Shown: positions 1-8,743 of the stretch, piece by piece | Layout of the letters: the number at the start of each line of letters is the position of its first letter | Position numbering within the stretch: position 1 is the stretch's first letter | Virus record (IMG/VR): IMGVR_UViG_3300032335_000196 | Span: 1 to 35,794 of that record | Length of the DNA: 35,794 bases | Source of the DNA: a virus | Taxonomy: Duplodnaviria > Caudoviricetes | Reading direction: 5' to 3' (one strand) | Notes under the pieces: model-generated | What the model saw: the letters and a program-made list of their open reading frames with translations, nothing else | The model's database searches: none | Told to the model about the DNA's origin: nothing | Translations under genes and position numbers: made by a program

Positions 1-378
1 AAAGGTTTAGAGAATTTTTTTACAGGGTCACCATATACATATAAAATTGCTTTGTATGATGCAACGGCTACGATTAATAGTGAAACAACTGCATATACAA
101 CAACTAACGAAATTACAGGTACAGGCTACATAGCTGGAGGAAAAGTATTATCTCCAACAGTAGGTAGTGATACTAGTAATAACACGGCTTATGTAACATT
201 TGCCAATGTAACTTGGAATCCTGCAAACTTTACCGCAGCAGGCGCCTTGATATATAATAGCACTACAAACGCATCAGTCGCAGTATTAAGTTTTGGCGGA
301 GAAAAAATAGCCACTACAACATTTACAATAGAATTCCCCGCAGCTACTTCAACCACTGCTGTATTAAGAATTAATTAA
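1..378 (+). CDS. Conserved virion/tail structural protein, 5' truncated by the window edge
   Basis: The frame is open from base 1 (KGLENFFTGSPYTYKIALY...), so the listed start at 52 is probably not the real one. KIALY...TTAY...NE.TGTGY.AGG...GALIYN...AVLSFGGEK...FTIEFP...AVLRI resembles a widespread structural protein of aquatic podoviruses. Confidence 0.7.
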   Translation, partial: KGLENFFTGSPYTYKIALYDATATINSETTAYTTTNEITGTGYIAGGKVLSPTVGSDTSNNTAYVTFANVTWNPANFTAAGALIYNSTTNASVAVLSFGGEKIATTTFTIEFPAATSTTAVLRIN

Positions 379-388
379 GGAGAAATAT

Positions 389-997
389 ATGATTAAAGAA
401 ACAGGCGGTTTTGGCGATTCAGCTATAGCCACATTAAATACAAATGTCTCATCAGGCGAAGATTTAGGTATTCATGGTCATTACTATGTAATGTGTAGAG
501 ACAAAGATGGTAATGTTAAATGGGAAGAAAGCTTCCCTAACTTAGTTGTTGCTGTAGGTAAACAGTTAATGTTAGATACTTTATTAAAAGGTTCTGCATA
601 CACAGTAGTAGGCCCATTTTTAGGTCTTACTAAAGTATCATTAACTCCAGCAGCTACAGATACAATGACTACATTAGTCACAACTAATGCCGGTGAATTT
701 ACGAACTATACAGTAGGTGGTTCAGCGGTACGAGGTACAGCAGTGTTTGCTTCAGCTACTTCAACTGGTACAACACCTTCTAACGTTACAACTTCAGCAG
801 CTACATCTATTACTTACACTATTACTGGTGCTGGTGGTACTGTATATGGTTGCTTCCTTGTAACAGGTACAGGTGCTGTAAGTACACAAAGCTCAACAGC
901 AGGTACATTGTATTCTGAAGGTAATTTTACAACTTCTAAAGCAGTTACAGCTGGTGACACAGTAGCAGTTACATACTCAACAACAGCAACATCATAA
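389..997 (+). CDS. Putative tail/baseplate-associated structural protein
   Basis: AAGGAG RBS upstream. Thr/Gly-rich beta-type sequence with NLVV..GK..MLD and a C-terminal K.V..GDT..VTY, typical of small tail proteins. Lies in the tail module. Confidence 0.6.
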   Translation: MIKETGGFGDSAIATLNTNVSSGEDLGIHGHYYVMCRDKDGNVKWEESFPNLVVAVGKQLMLDTLLKGSAYTVVGPFLGLTKVSLTPAATDTMTTLVTTNAGEFTNYTVGGSAVRGTAVFASATSTGTTPSNVTTSAATSITYTITGAGGTVYGCFLVTGTGAVSTQSSTAGTLYSEGNFTTSKAVTAGDTVAVTYSTTATS

Positions 998-1059
998 TAA
1001 GTATTTAGTTAGGCTCGTAGTAAACTGTATTATGGGCCCAGCCATTACTTTACTTAATT

Positions 1060-1302
1060 ATGAAAAGCGCTGTTATCAACAGAGATACAACTGTAGTTGA
1101 AAACATTATTATGGCTGATCCTTCTGATCCATGGCCATACCCCGACACATTCTTAGTTTTAGTCCCAGACGACCTTCCAGTTAATATAGGTGATACCTAT
1201 GTTGATCCTTATTTTTACGATAAGGACGGTAATATTATTATGCCTATTCCACCAGAAGAACCTACAGAAGAAATTGTAGAGGAAGTAGACAATGGCAGCT
1301 AG
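1060..1302 (+). CDS. Small acidic protein, possible tail fibre assembly/accessory protein
   Basis: 80 aa with AVI....VVENII...V.IG..Y....F and a Pro/Glu tail. Overlaps the start of the fibre gene and supplies its RBS. Confidence 0.55.
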   Translation: MKSAVINRDTTVVENIIMADPSDPWPYPDTFLVLVPDDLPVNIGDTYVDPYFYDKDGNIIMPIPPEEPTEEIVEEVDNGS

Positions 1303-4300
1303 ATATTGGGTAGGTGGAACAGCCTCGTGGGATGGTACAGCAGGTACTAAATGGGCATTAACATCTGGTGGAGCTGGTGGTCAAGCAATCCCAACTTCTG
1401 CTGACGATGTATTTTTTGACGCTGCTTCAGGTGCAGTTACTTGTACGATTGCTACTGGTAATACAGGTGCTAAATCCATTGATTGCACAGGGTTTACAGG
1501 AACTATTACAGGAACAGCAGCAATTTCTGTAGCTGGTAGCATTACGCTTGTTGCTGGTCAAACTTACACTCATACAGGAGTAGTAACACTTACAGGCACA
1601 GGTACGCTTACAACTGCTGGAAAAACATTTAGTCCATTAACAATTAATGGTTCAGGTATTACAGTCACTTTAGGTGATGCTTTAAGTCTTAATCAAGGTG
1701 ATTTAATTGTTACACAAGGAACATTTACTACATCAGGTAGTAATTATAGTATAACAGCAGGTAGATTACAGTCTGATAATTCTAATGTAAGAACAATTAC
1801 ATTAAATGCAAGTACTGTTACCTTAAATCAAGGTGCAATTAGTGCTACTGTAGGTTTTGCAACTTCTACTAACTTAACATTTAATGCAGGCACATCTACC
1901 ATTAATTGTAATCAACCACAAACTATTTTTAATGGTGGAAGCCAAACATTTTATAATGTAGCAATTGGTGATACTCAAAATAATAGTCATACTATGACTG
2001 GTGCTAATACATTTAATAATTTAACTATTAATAATCGTAATGCAAATGGTACTAACAGATTATCAATAGCAGCAAATATTACTGTTAATGGCACATTTAC
2101 TTCTAATGGAACACAAACATTACCTTACAGACGATGTTGGATATATTCAAGTGTAGCTGGCACAAATAGAACCATTACAGCAGCAGCCATTAGTATTTTT
2201 GGTACAGACTTTAGAAATATAACAGGTGCTGGTGCAGCATCTTGGACTGATAGCTCAAGAACAGGTTATTGGGGTGATGCTGGTGGAAATTCAGGTATTA
2301 CATTTGCTACAGGTAGAAATGCTTATTGGAATTTAGCAGGCACACAATTATGGACTGCTACAGCATGGGCATTAACAAATAATGGAACTCCTGCAGATGC
2401 AAACTACCCTCTTGTTCAAGATACTGCAATATTTACAGAAGCAGGTGCTGCTGGCACAGTACAACTAACATCAAATGGTGTAATGATACCTACACTCACT
2501 ATGGCAGATGGTGTTTCTAATAGAACATCAGCTATGACATTAAATTTTGCCTCAGGTGATAGAGATAACTTCTTTGGCAGTATTACATTTTTTAGTAATT
2601 TAACTTTAAGTGGTGGTGGTGCTAGAGTTTTAAGATTAAGTGGATATAATAATACCCAATCTATTACAACAGCAGGAAAAACACTTGTAACTAATTTAGA
2701 AGTAAACGAGTCTTTTGGTAACACAGTACAGCTACAAGATGACCTTACATTACCTACCGCAAGAACATTAACAGTTACTACAGGAACATTTAATGCTAAT
2801 GGGTTTAATGTTTCTACTGGACTTTTTGTTAGCACAGGCACTAGTACAAGAACACTTACAATGGGTTCTGGCACTTGGACATTATCTGCAACTGGAACAG
2901 TTTGGAATGTAACTTCATCTTTAACATTAAATGCTAATACATCAACTATAGCATTTTCTGATACATCTACAACTTCTAAAACTTTTACTGGTGGCGGTAA
3001 AACTTATTACAATTTATCTATAAGTCCAGCAACAGGTATTGCTGATTACATCATTACTGGTGCAAATACTTTTAACCAAATATCAAGCTCTAAAACTGTT
3101 GCTTATTCTATTACTCTACCAGCAGCAACAACTACAACAGTAACAACTTGGGCAGCAGGTGGTTCATCTGGTAACTTATTAACTTTAAGGTCTAGTACAT
3201 TTCTTGGTACAAATACAAATGCAACATTAGCGGTTACAAATACATTTACAACAAACTTTACCAATGTAGCTTATGTAGCTTTATCATCATCTGGTATAGG
3301 CACAATTACTAATGGTATAACTGTATTTACATCTGGTTTTGGAAATTGGACTACTACATCAATAGGAAACTTATTAGCCTCTGGCACATCATGGACAGTT
3401 CCAGCTAACTGGAATAATGCTTCTAATAGTATTTATATATTAGGTGGTGGAGGTGGCGGTTGTGGTGCCACTATAGCGGTTACAACATCAAATAGAATTG
3501 GTGGCGCTGGAGGTGGAGGTGGTGGATTTACATTACTCACCAATCAAACATATAGTGGTTCTGTAACCTATGCTATTGGTGCTGGTGGTACTGGAGTTAC
3601 TGGAGCTACAGGTGGTGGTACAGCCACAGGTGGTACAGGTGGAACAACCACTTGGAATACTACTAACACAGGCACAGGTGGTGCAGGCGGGTCTTCTTCT
3701 GGAGGAACAACATCTACAGGAGGTGCTGGAGGCACAGGAACATCTACAGGTGGTACGGGTGGAGGCGCAACTGCTTCTACAACTACAGGCAATTGCGGTG
3801 GAGGCGGTGGAGGCGGTGCAGCAGGACCTAATGGTAATGGTGGCAACGGTGGTACAGGTTCTACATCCTCCGTAGGTAATGCTGGTGGTGGTGGTGGCGG
3901 TGGTAATGGTGGAGGAACAGCTGGTGGCAATGGTGGAGCAGCTATATCTGGTGCAGGCGGTAATAATTCACTAGGTTATGGTGGCGGTGCATCTGTGAGT
4001 GGTTCTAGTAATGGTACTCCAGGTATAGATGGTGGTGGTGGTGCTGGTGGTACAAGTGGCGGCGGTGCTGGCGGTTCGGGTATTGATATGTCAAATATCG
4101 TAGGTTCTGGTGGTGGTTCTGGCGGAGCTGCAGGACTGAATTCTGGCGGTGCTACTGCTGGATCTTATGGTGCTGGTGGTGGCGGTGCTGGATGCTCAAC
4201 TGGTAATACTGTAATTGGTGCTGCTAATGGTAGACAAGGCATGATATTTATTGTTTATTCTACAGGTGGCACTAATTATACAGACAGCATTACAGAAAAT

Positions 4301-5185
4301 ACTAGTTTAGCTGATGTATTAACAATGCTTGCTCAGTTTAGTGTGTCTCAAACAGAAGATAGTACTTTAGCTGATAATCAAACTATTATTCAAAATGCAT
4401 TAGCATCTATTACAGAAAACGCAACAATTGCTGATACTCCAACCATTACTCAAAATACATCAGCATCTATTACAGAGCCAATTACTTTAGATGATACTCC
4501 AACTATCACTCAAAATACATCAGCATCTATTACAGAAAATAGCACTATTGCCGATACTCCAACCATTACTCAAAATACATCAGCATCTATTACAGAACCA
4601 ATAACTGTAGAAGAAACAGAAGCTATTACAGCTCAATTTGCACAATCTAGAACAGAACCTACTACATTAGACGATGTAAGAGGATCACAAACCGCGTTTA
4701 ATGTTCAAAATACAGAAAATACTACAATAAACGATGTAGAAACAATACAAGCTAACTTTAACCCATCTATTACAGAAAATGTAAACATGGATGATTTACG
4801 GGATATTGTAGCTAGTTTCCTAGCCAGCATTGCAGAAGCTACAACAGTAGCGGATTTAATAACAATTGGTATAGCTTTTGCAGATTCTATTACTGAAAAT
4901 ATTACCTTAACGGAGGCTCAATCAGCTAGTTTAGAAGTACTATTTTCTATAACTGAAAACGTTGTTATTGATGATATTGAATCATTTAGAGTTGATTATG
5001 CTGCAGCTATTTTTGAGAATGTAGGATTATTAGATATAATATGTTATAACGGCTGGTTCAGAATTGATGACTCTCAAACTCCAAGTTGGACTGCAATTTC
5101 AACGCCGGCTGGTACATGGACAGATATAAACGACGCTCAAACACCAAGTTGGAGCACAATAGATACGTCACAGCCTTGTAGTTAA
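1292..5185 (+). CDS. Large tail fibre/adhesin-like protein (duplicated beta-solenoid module, Gly-rich domain, 20-aa repeats, Trp-repeat C-terminus)
   Basis: 1297 aa, T/G/N/S-rich with alternating hydrophobic beta pattern. Poly-Gly domain, 13 copies of an S-I-T-E-N-type repeat, and C-terminal W..I.DSQTPSW repeats. Confidence 0.75.
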   Translation: MAARYWVGGTASWDGTAGTKWALTSGGAGGQAIPTSADDVFFDAASGAVTCTIATGNTGAKSIDCTGFTGTITGTAAISVAGSITLVAGQTYTHTGVVTLTGTGTLTTAGKTFSPLTINGSGITVTLGDALSLNQGDLIVTQGTFTTSGSNYSITAGRLQSDNSNVRTITLNASTVTLNQGAISATVGFATSTNLTFNAGTSTINCNQPQTIFNGGSQTFYNVAIGDTQNNSHTMTGANTFNNLTINNRNANGTNRLSIAANITVNGTFTSNGTQTLPYRRCWIYSSVAGTNRTITAAAISIFGTDFRNITGAGAASWTDSSRTGYWGDAGGNSGITFATGRNAYWNLAGTQLWTATAWALTNNGTPADANYPLVQDTAIFTEAGAAGTVQLTSNGVMIPTLTMADGVSNRTSAMTLNFASGDRDNFFGSITFFSNLTLSGGGARVLRLSGYNNTQSITTAGKTLVTNLEVNESFGNTVQLQDDLTLPTARTLTVTTGTFNANGFNVSTGLFVSTGTSTRTLTMGSGTWTLSATGTVWNVTSSLTLNANTSTIAFSDTSTTSKTFTGGGKTYYNLSISPATGIADYIITGANTFNQISSSKTVAYSITLPAATTTTVTTWAAGGSSGNLLTLRSSTFLGTNTNATLAVTNTFTTNFTNVAYVALSSSGIGTITNGITVFTSGFGNWTTTSIGNLLASGTSWTVPANWNNASNSIYILGGGGGGCGATIAVTTSNRIGGAGGGGGGFTLLTNQTYSGSVTYAIGAGGTGVTGATGGGTATGGTGGTTTWNTTNTGTGGAGGSSSGGTTSTGGAGGTGTSTGGTGGGATASTTTGNCGGGGGGGAAGPNGNGGNGGTGSTSSVGNAGGGGGGGNGGGTAGGNGGAAISGAGGNNSLGYGGGASVSGSSNGTPGIDGGGGAGGTSGGGAGGSGIDMSNIVGSGGGSGGAAGLNSGGATAGSYGAGGGGAGCSTGNTVIGAANGRQGMIFIVYSTGGTNYTDSITENTSLADVLTMLAQFSVSQTEDSTLADNQTIIQNALASITENATIADTPTITQNTSASITEPITLDDTPTITQNTSASITENSTIADTPTITQNTSASITEPITVEETEAITAQFAQSRTEPTTLDDVRGSQTAFNVQNTENTTINDVETIQANFNPSITENVNMDDLRDIVASFLASIAEATTVADLITIGIAFADSITENITLTEAQSASLEVLFSITENVVIDDIESFRVDYAAAIFENVGLLDIICYNGWFRIDDSQTPSWTAISTPAGTWTDINDAQTPSWSTIDTSQPCS
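4283..5040 (+). repeat. 60-bp (20-aa) coding tandem repeat, about 13 units, near-identical at 4381-4620
   Basis: Consecutive 60-nt lines align directly, e.g. caaaatacatcagcatctattacaga at 4451, 4511 and 4571. The Glu codon recurs every 60 nt across 13 lines. Confidence 0.9.
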
Positions 5186-5229
5186 GGTATAATATAAACA
5201 AAAACAAACTAGGAATAGAGGACTAAAAC

Positions 5230-6594
5230 ATGGCATCCACCTACAGTAATTTAAAAATAGAGCTTATCGGGACAGGCGAACAGTCTGGTACTTGGGGCGA
5301 CACAACTAATATTAATCTAGGCACAGCAATTGAAGAGGCTATTACAGGTTCTGCGGATGTAAACTTTGCTACAGATGCTGATGTTACTATAACTTTAACC
5401 AGTACTAATACAGCTCAAACCGCCCGTAATCTACGTTTAAATATCACTGAAAGCTCTACAGGCATAGGTTCTGTTCGTAGCTTAATATTAGGCTCAGGTT
5501 GTCAAATTGAAAAATTGTACCTCATTAATAATACAGGTACTGGCGCTAAAACAATTAAAAATACAACAGGAACAGGTGTCACAGTTCCAGCAGGTAAGAC
5601 TATGTTTGTATTTAATAATGGTACTAATGTGGTTGATGCTACAACGCATTTATCTTCATTGACCCTTGGTTCTGCTCTTCCTGTGGCTTCAGGTGGTACA
5701 GGTGCTACAACACAAACAGCATACTCTGTACTTTGTGGAGGTACAACATCAACAGGTGCTTATCAATCTGTTGTTTCAGTAGGTACTGCAGGACAAGTTT
5801 TAACATCAAATGGAGCAGGTGCTTTACCAACATTTACAGCAGCAGCAACAGGAACAGTTACAAACGTTAGTTGGACAGGTGGTATTGTGTCCGTTGCAAC
5901 AGCTACATCCACACCTGCATTTACAATAGCTGGAACATCAGGTGGTATTCCTTATTTTTCAAGTGGAACAACTTGGGCTTCATCCGCTGCATTAGCTGCT
6001 AGTGCTCTTGTTATTGGCGGAGGTGCTGGTGCTGCTCCATCTACTACAACTACTGGCGCAGGTGTTTTAACAGCTTTAGGAATAGCCGCTAACGGTTCTG
6101 GTGGTTTTGTAACAGATACAGGTTCAGTTACACTTACTAATAAAACATTAACATCACCTGTTATTGGAACCATCGTAAATACAGGCACACTAACATTACC
6201 AACATCTACTGATACATTAGTAGGTCGCGCCACTACAGATACACTTACTAACAAACGTATTACACCAAGAGTTACTTCAATTACAGGTTCTGCTGGCGGA
6301 ACGATTACTCCTACAGGTGATACAGCTGATCAATACAATATCACTGCTTTAGGTGCTTCAGCAACTTTTGCAATTCCAAGTGGAACTCCTACAGATGGTC
6401 AAAAATTAAGTATCAGAATTGAAGACAATGGAACTGGTAGGGCTTTAACTTGGACTACTTCAGCAGGTGGTTACAGAGTTATAGGAACTACATTACCAAC
6501 AACTACAACTGCAAGTAAAACTATTTATGTTGGCTGTATATACAACTCAGCTGACTCATTCTGGGACGTTGTTGCAGTAGCCACACAAGCATAA
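5230..6594 (+). CDS. Tail fibre protein
   Basis: GAGGA RBS. N-terminal MASTYS.LKIELI.TGEQSGTWG.TTN.NL anchor typical of aquatic podovirus fibres, LPVASGGTGAT and TLTNKT fibre repeats, C-terminal PSGTP.DGQKL.IRI...WDVVAV domain. Confidence 0.8.
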   Translation: MASTYSNLKIELIGTGEQSGTWGDTTNINLGTAIEEAITGSADVNFATDADVTITLTSTNTAQTARNLRLNITESSTGIGSVRSLILGSGCQIEKLYLINNTGTGAKTIKNTTGTGVTVPAGKTMFVFNNGTNVVDATTHLSSLTLGSALPVASGGTGATTQTAYSVLCGGTTSTGAYQSVVSVGTAGQVLTSNGAGALPTFTAAATGTVTNVSWTGGIVSVATATSTPAFTIAGTSGGIPYFSSGTTWASSAALAASALVIGGGAGAAPSTTTTGAGVLTALGIAANGSGGFVTDTGSVTLTNKTLTSPVIGTIVNTGTLTLPTSTDTLVGRATTDTLTNKRITPRVTSITGSAGGTITPTGDTADQYNITALGASATFAIPSGTPTDGQKLSIRIEDNGTGRALTWTTSAGGYRVIGTTLPTTTTASKTIYVGCIYNSADSFWDVVAVATQA

Positions 6595-6617
6595 TTAATT
6601 AATAGGATTAATATTTA

Positions 6618-7526
6618 ATGGCACGAATAGTAGTATTTTTAACAACTGTAGGTACTGGAACATGGACAGTTCCTTCTAACTTTGGGTCTTTGGTTTCTGT
6701 TGAAGGTATTGGTGGTGGTGGAGCTGGTGCTGATGAAAACGGCACTAGCGGTGGCGGTGGCGGTGGCGGTGGAGCTTATGCGGCATCTAATACTATTAAT
6801 ACATCATCATGGGTACCAGGTTCGACTGGGATTTCTTTCCGAGTAGGCGCTGGAGGTATTGAGTTCCCTGTTACTGCCGCTACAGATACTTGGTTTGGGT
6901 CAGCAACTCCTTCGACTACCACAGGTATTTTAGCTAAAGCCGGTGCAAATGCAACTACTACTACTGGCGCCGCCGGTGGATCTTCTGCATCTTCTGTAGG
7001 TACAACTAAGTATGCGGGAGGAACTGGAGGTAGCGTAACAGTAGCAGGCAATGGCGGTGGTGGTGGTGGTGGCGCTGCAGGTCCAGGAGGTGTTGGAGGT
7101 AATGGTGCTAATGGTACTAATATTGGTGTCAATGATAACGGAGGTGGCGGTGGCGCCGGAGCTAGTCTTAGTGCGGCTGGAGGTAATGGCAGTAATGATA
7201 CTGGCGGTATGCCTGGTGGTGGAACTGCTGGGAATAACGGTACTGATGGCACTGGCGGTGGCGGTGGCGGTGCAAACAATAATAATGCTGGTAGAGGAGC
7301 TACTGGAAGTTATTGGACACAAACATCTCCTAGTACTACCGCAGGTTCAGGTGGCGGCGGTGGCGGCGGTAGTGATAATGCAGACGCTAATAATGGAGGA
7401 TTATATGGAGGCGGTGGCGGTGGAGCGGGTCTTGGTGGTGGCGGTGGCCAAGATGGAAGAAACGGCATTCTTGTTATTACGTACGATACTCCTATTGGTG
7501 GTGGTAATTTCTTTTTTCTCTTTTAA
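6618..7526 (+). CDS. Glycine-rich tail fibre-associated protein
   Basis: GTWTVP...VEGIGGGGAG...GGGGGAY start and G.NG.LVITY end, a phage Gly-rich domain. Ends in hydrophobic GNFFFLF. Confidence 0.7.
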   Translation: MARIVVFLTTVGTGTWTVPSNFGSLVSVEGIGGGGAGADENGTSGGGGGGGGAYAASNTINTSSWVPGSTGISFRVGAGGIEFPVTAATDTWFGSATPSTTTGILAKAGANATTTTGAAGGSSASSVGTTKYAGGTGGSVTVAGNGGGGGGGAAGPGGVGGNGANGTNIGVNDNGGGGGAGASLSAAGGNGSNDTGGMPGGGTAGNNGTDGTGGGGGGANNNNAGRGATGSYWTQTSPSTTAGSGGGGGGGSDNADANNGGLYGGGGGGAGLGGGGGQDGRNGILVITYDTPIGGGNFFFLF

Positions 7527-7535
7527 GGATTTTAT

Positions 7536-7808
7536 ATGAATATGGATAAAATAGCAAATATGTTGTTCCCAGTAATAGTTTCGGCTATTGCTTGGTTACT
7601 TACTTCAATGGCGTCTATACAAGCAGACTTAATTAGTATCAAATCTAAAATGCCTAATCTTATTACAGAACAAGGTGTGCCAACTGATAGTCCAATCTCA
7701 GCAGAAGCAAGAGCTAGATTAAAAGAAGAATTAAAAGCGCAGATGGGTGAACTTAACGTACGTATTAGAATTTTAGAAGAACATGACATGCAAAGGAAGG
7801 GTAAATAA
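7536..7808 (+). CDS. Membrane-anchored coiled-coil protein, probably lysis-associated (holin/antiholin-like)
   Basis: One N-terminal hydrophobic helix (MLFPVIVSAIAWLL) followed by a coiled coil. TAATG-coupled to the holin gene. AAGGA RBS. Confidence 0.5.
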   Translation: MNMDKIANMLFPVIVSAIAWLLTSMASIQADLISIKSKMPNLITEQGVPTDSPISAEARARLKEELKAQMGELNVRIRILEEHDMQRKGK

Positions 7809-8293
7809 TGTTTAGTATATTAAGCTCCATATTAGGTTTTGCAACTGCAGGATTACCTAGCATACTAGGATTCTTTCAACAAAAAGGAGACCAAGCTCAT
7901 GAACGAGAAATGGCTAAGATGCAAAATGAACAAGCTATGCTCATGGCTCAAAAAGGTTTTCAATCACAAGAAAAAATAGCAGCTATTGAATTGGAGGGTA
8001 CTTATGCAGAAACATTCGCACAAGAAAGACAAGCACTTTATGAACATGATGCAAAACTTGTACACGATGCAGCCCCATGGGTTAGAACTCTTAACGCAGC
8101 TGTCCGTCCTATTGTTGCTTTCACTTTTGTAGGACTACTTATATTTGTAGATGTAGCAGGTTTTATTTGGGCTGTAAGAACTGTAGGGTTTAGTCGTGAG
8201 TCTATGGATGTTATATTTTCATCTGACGAAATGGCTATTGTAGGTTCTATTATCGGCTTCTACTTTGGAGCAAGAACTTGGGAAAAGAAATAA
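7808..8293 (+). CDS. Putative holin (3-TM, gene-transfer-agent holin-like)
   Basis: N-terminal amphipathic helix, coiled segment, WV..L.A.VRP motif, two further TM segments and C-terminal IIGFYFGAR..EK. Directly upstream of the lysozyme. Confidence 0.7.
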   Translation: MFSILSSILGFATAGLPSILGFFQQKGDQAHEREMAKMQNEQAMLMAQKGFQSQEKIAAIELEGTYAETFAQERQALYEHDAKLVHDAAPWVRTLNAAVRPIVAFTFVGLLIFVDVAGFIWAVRTVGFSRESMDVIFSSDEMAIVGSIIGFYFGARTWEKK

Positions 8294-8743
8294 GTGAATG
8301 TATCAAAAGCTGGCATCGCACTTATTAAACACCACGAAGGCGTGCGTAGTCGTCCCTACCGTTGCCCCGCAAATCTGTATACTGTGGGCGTCGGTCATTT
8401 GATCGGTGATGGAAAAACGCTACCACCTGAATGGAACAGAACATTTACTAATGAGGAAATAGATGGACTTCTTAAATCCGACCTACGTCGCTTCGAGTTG
8501 GGAGTACATAAGATGCTACCTAACGTGCCTTTACGACAACATGAGTTTGATGCTCTTGTCAGTTTTTGCTTCAATCTGGGTCTTGGATGCTTTCAAAGAT
8601 CAACACTCCGTCAAGCGCTTCTTCGCGGGGATAAAAAGGCGGCTATGGAATCGTTAGTGAAGTATTGTCGTGCAGGTGGTAAAATATTACGAGGTCTACA
8701 AATTCGTAGATTAGACGAGAAAGCACTCTTTGAAGGTAAATAA
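8294..8743 (+). CDS. Endolysin, GH24 phage lysozyme
   Basis: GTG start. HEG.R..PY.C.A...T.G.GH gives an E-x8-C-x5-T triad; FDALVSF.FNLG and GL..RR..E..LF are also present. Confidence 0.92.
   Translation: MNVSKAGIALIKHHEGVRSRPYRCPANLYTVGVGHLIGDGKTLPPEWNRTFTNEEIDGLLKSDLRRFELGVHKMLPNVPLRQHEFDALVSFCFNLGLGCFQRSTLRQALLRGDKKAAMESLVKYCRAGGKILRGLQIRRLDEKALFEGK

Noticed and set aside
3568-3930. Pro-rich - strand ORFs (also 6776-7279) and alternative-frame Val/Leu-rich ORFs (3570-3875, 7051-7539)
   Set aside because: They are shadows of GGN-rich glycine codons in the real + strand genes, with no RBS or independent signal.
4381-4620. 60-bp repeats as a CRISPR array or DGR template/variable repeat
   Set aside because: They are in-frame coding repeats without unique spacers, differences are not adenine-specific, and no reverse transcriptase or cas operon is seen.
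5165-5193. TATAAT upstream of the 454-aa fibre gene as a promoter
   Set aside because: The -35 match (ACGTCA) is poor and the region is AT-rich, so support is too weak.
8463-8657. Nested ORF in the lysozyme gene as an embedded spanin
   Set aside because: No signal peptide or lipobox, and no Pro-rich periplasmic segment.
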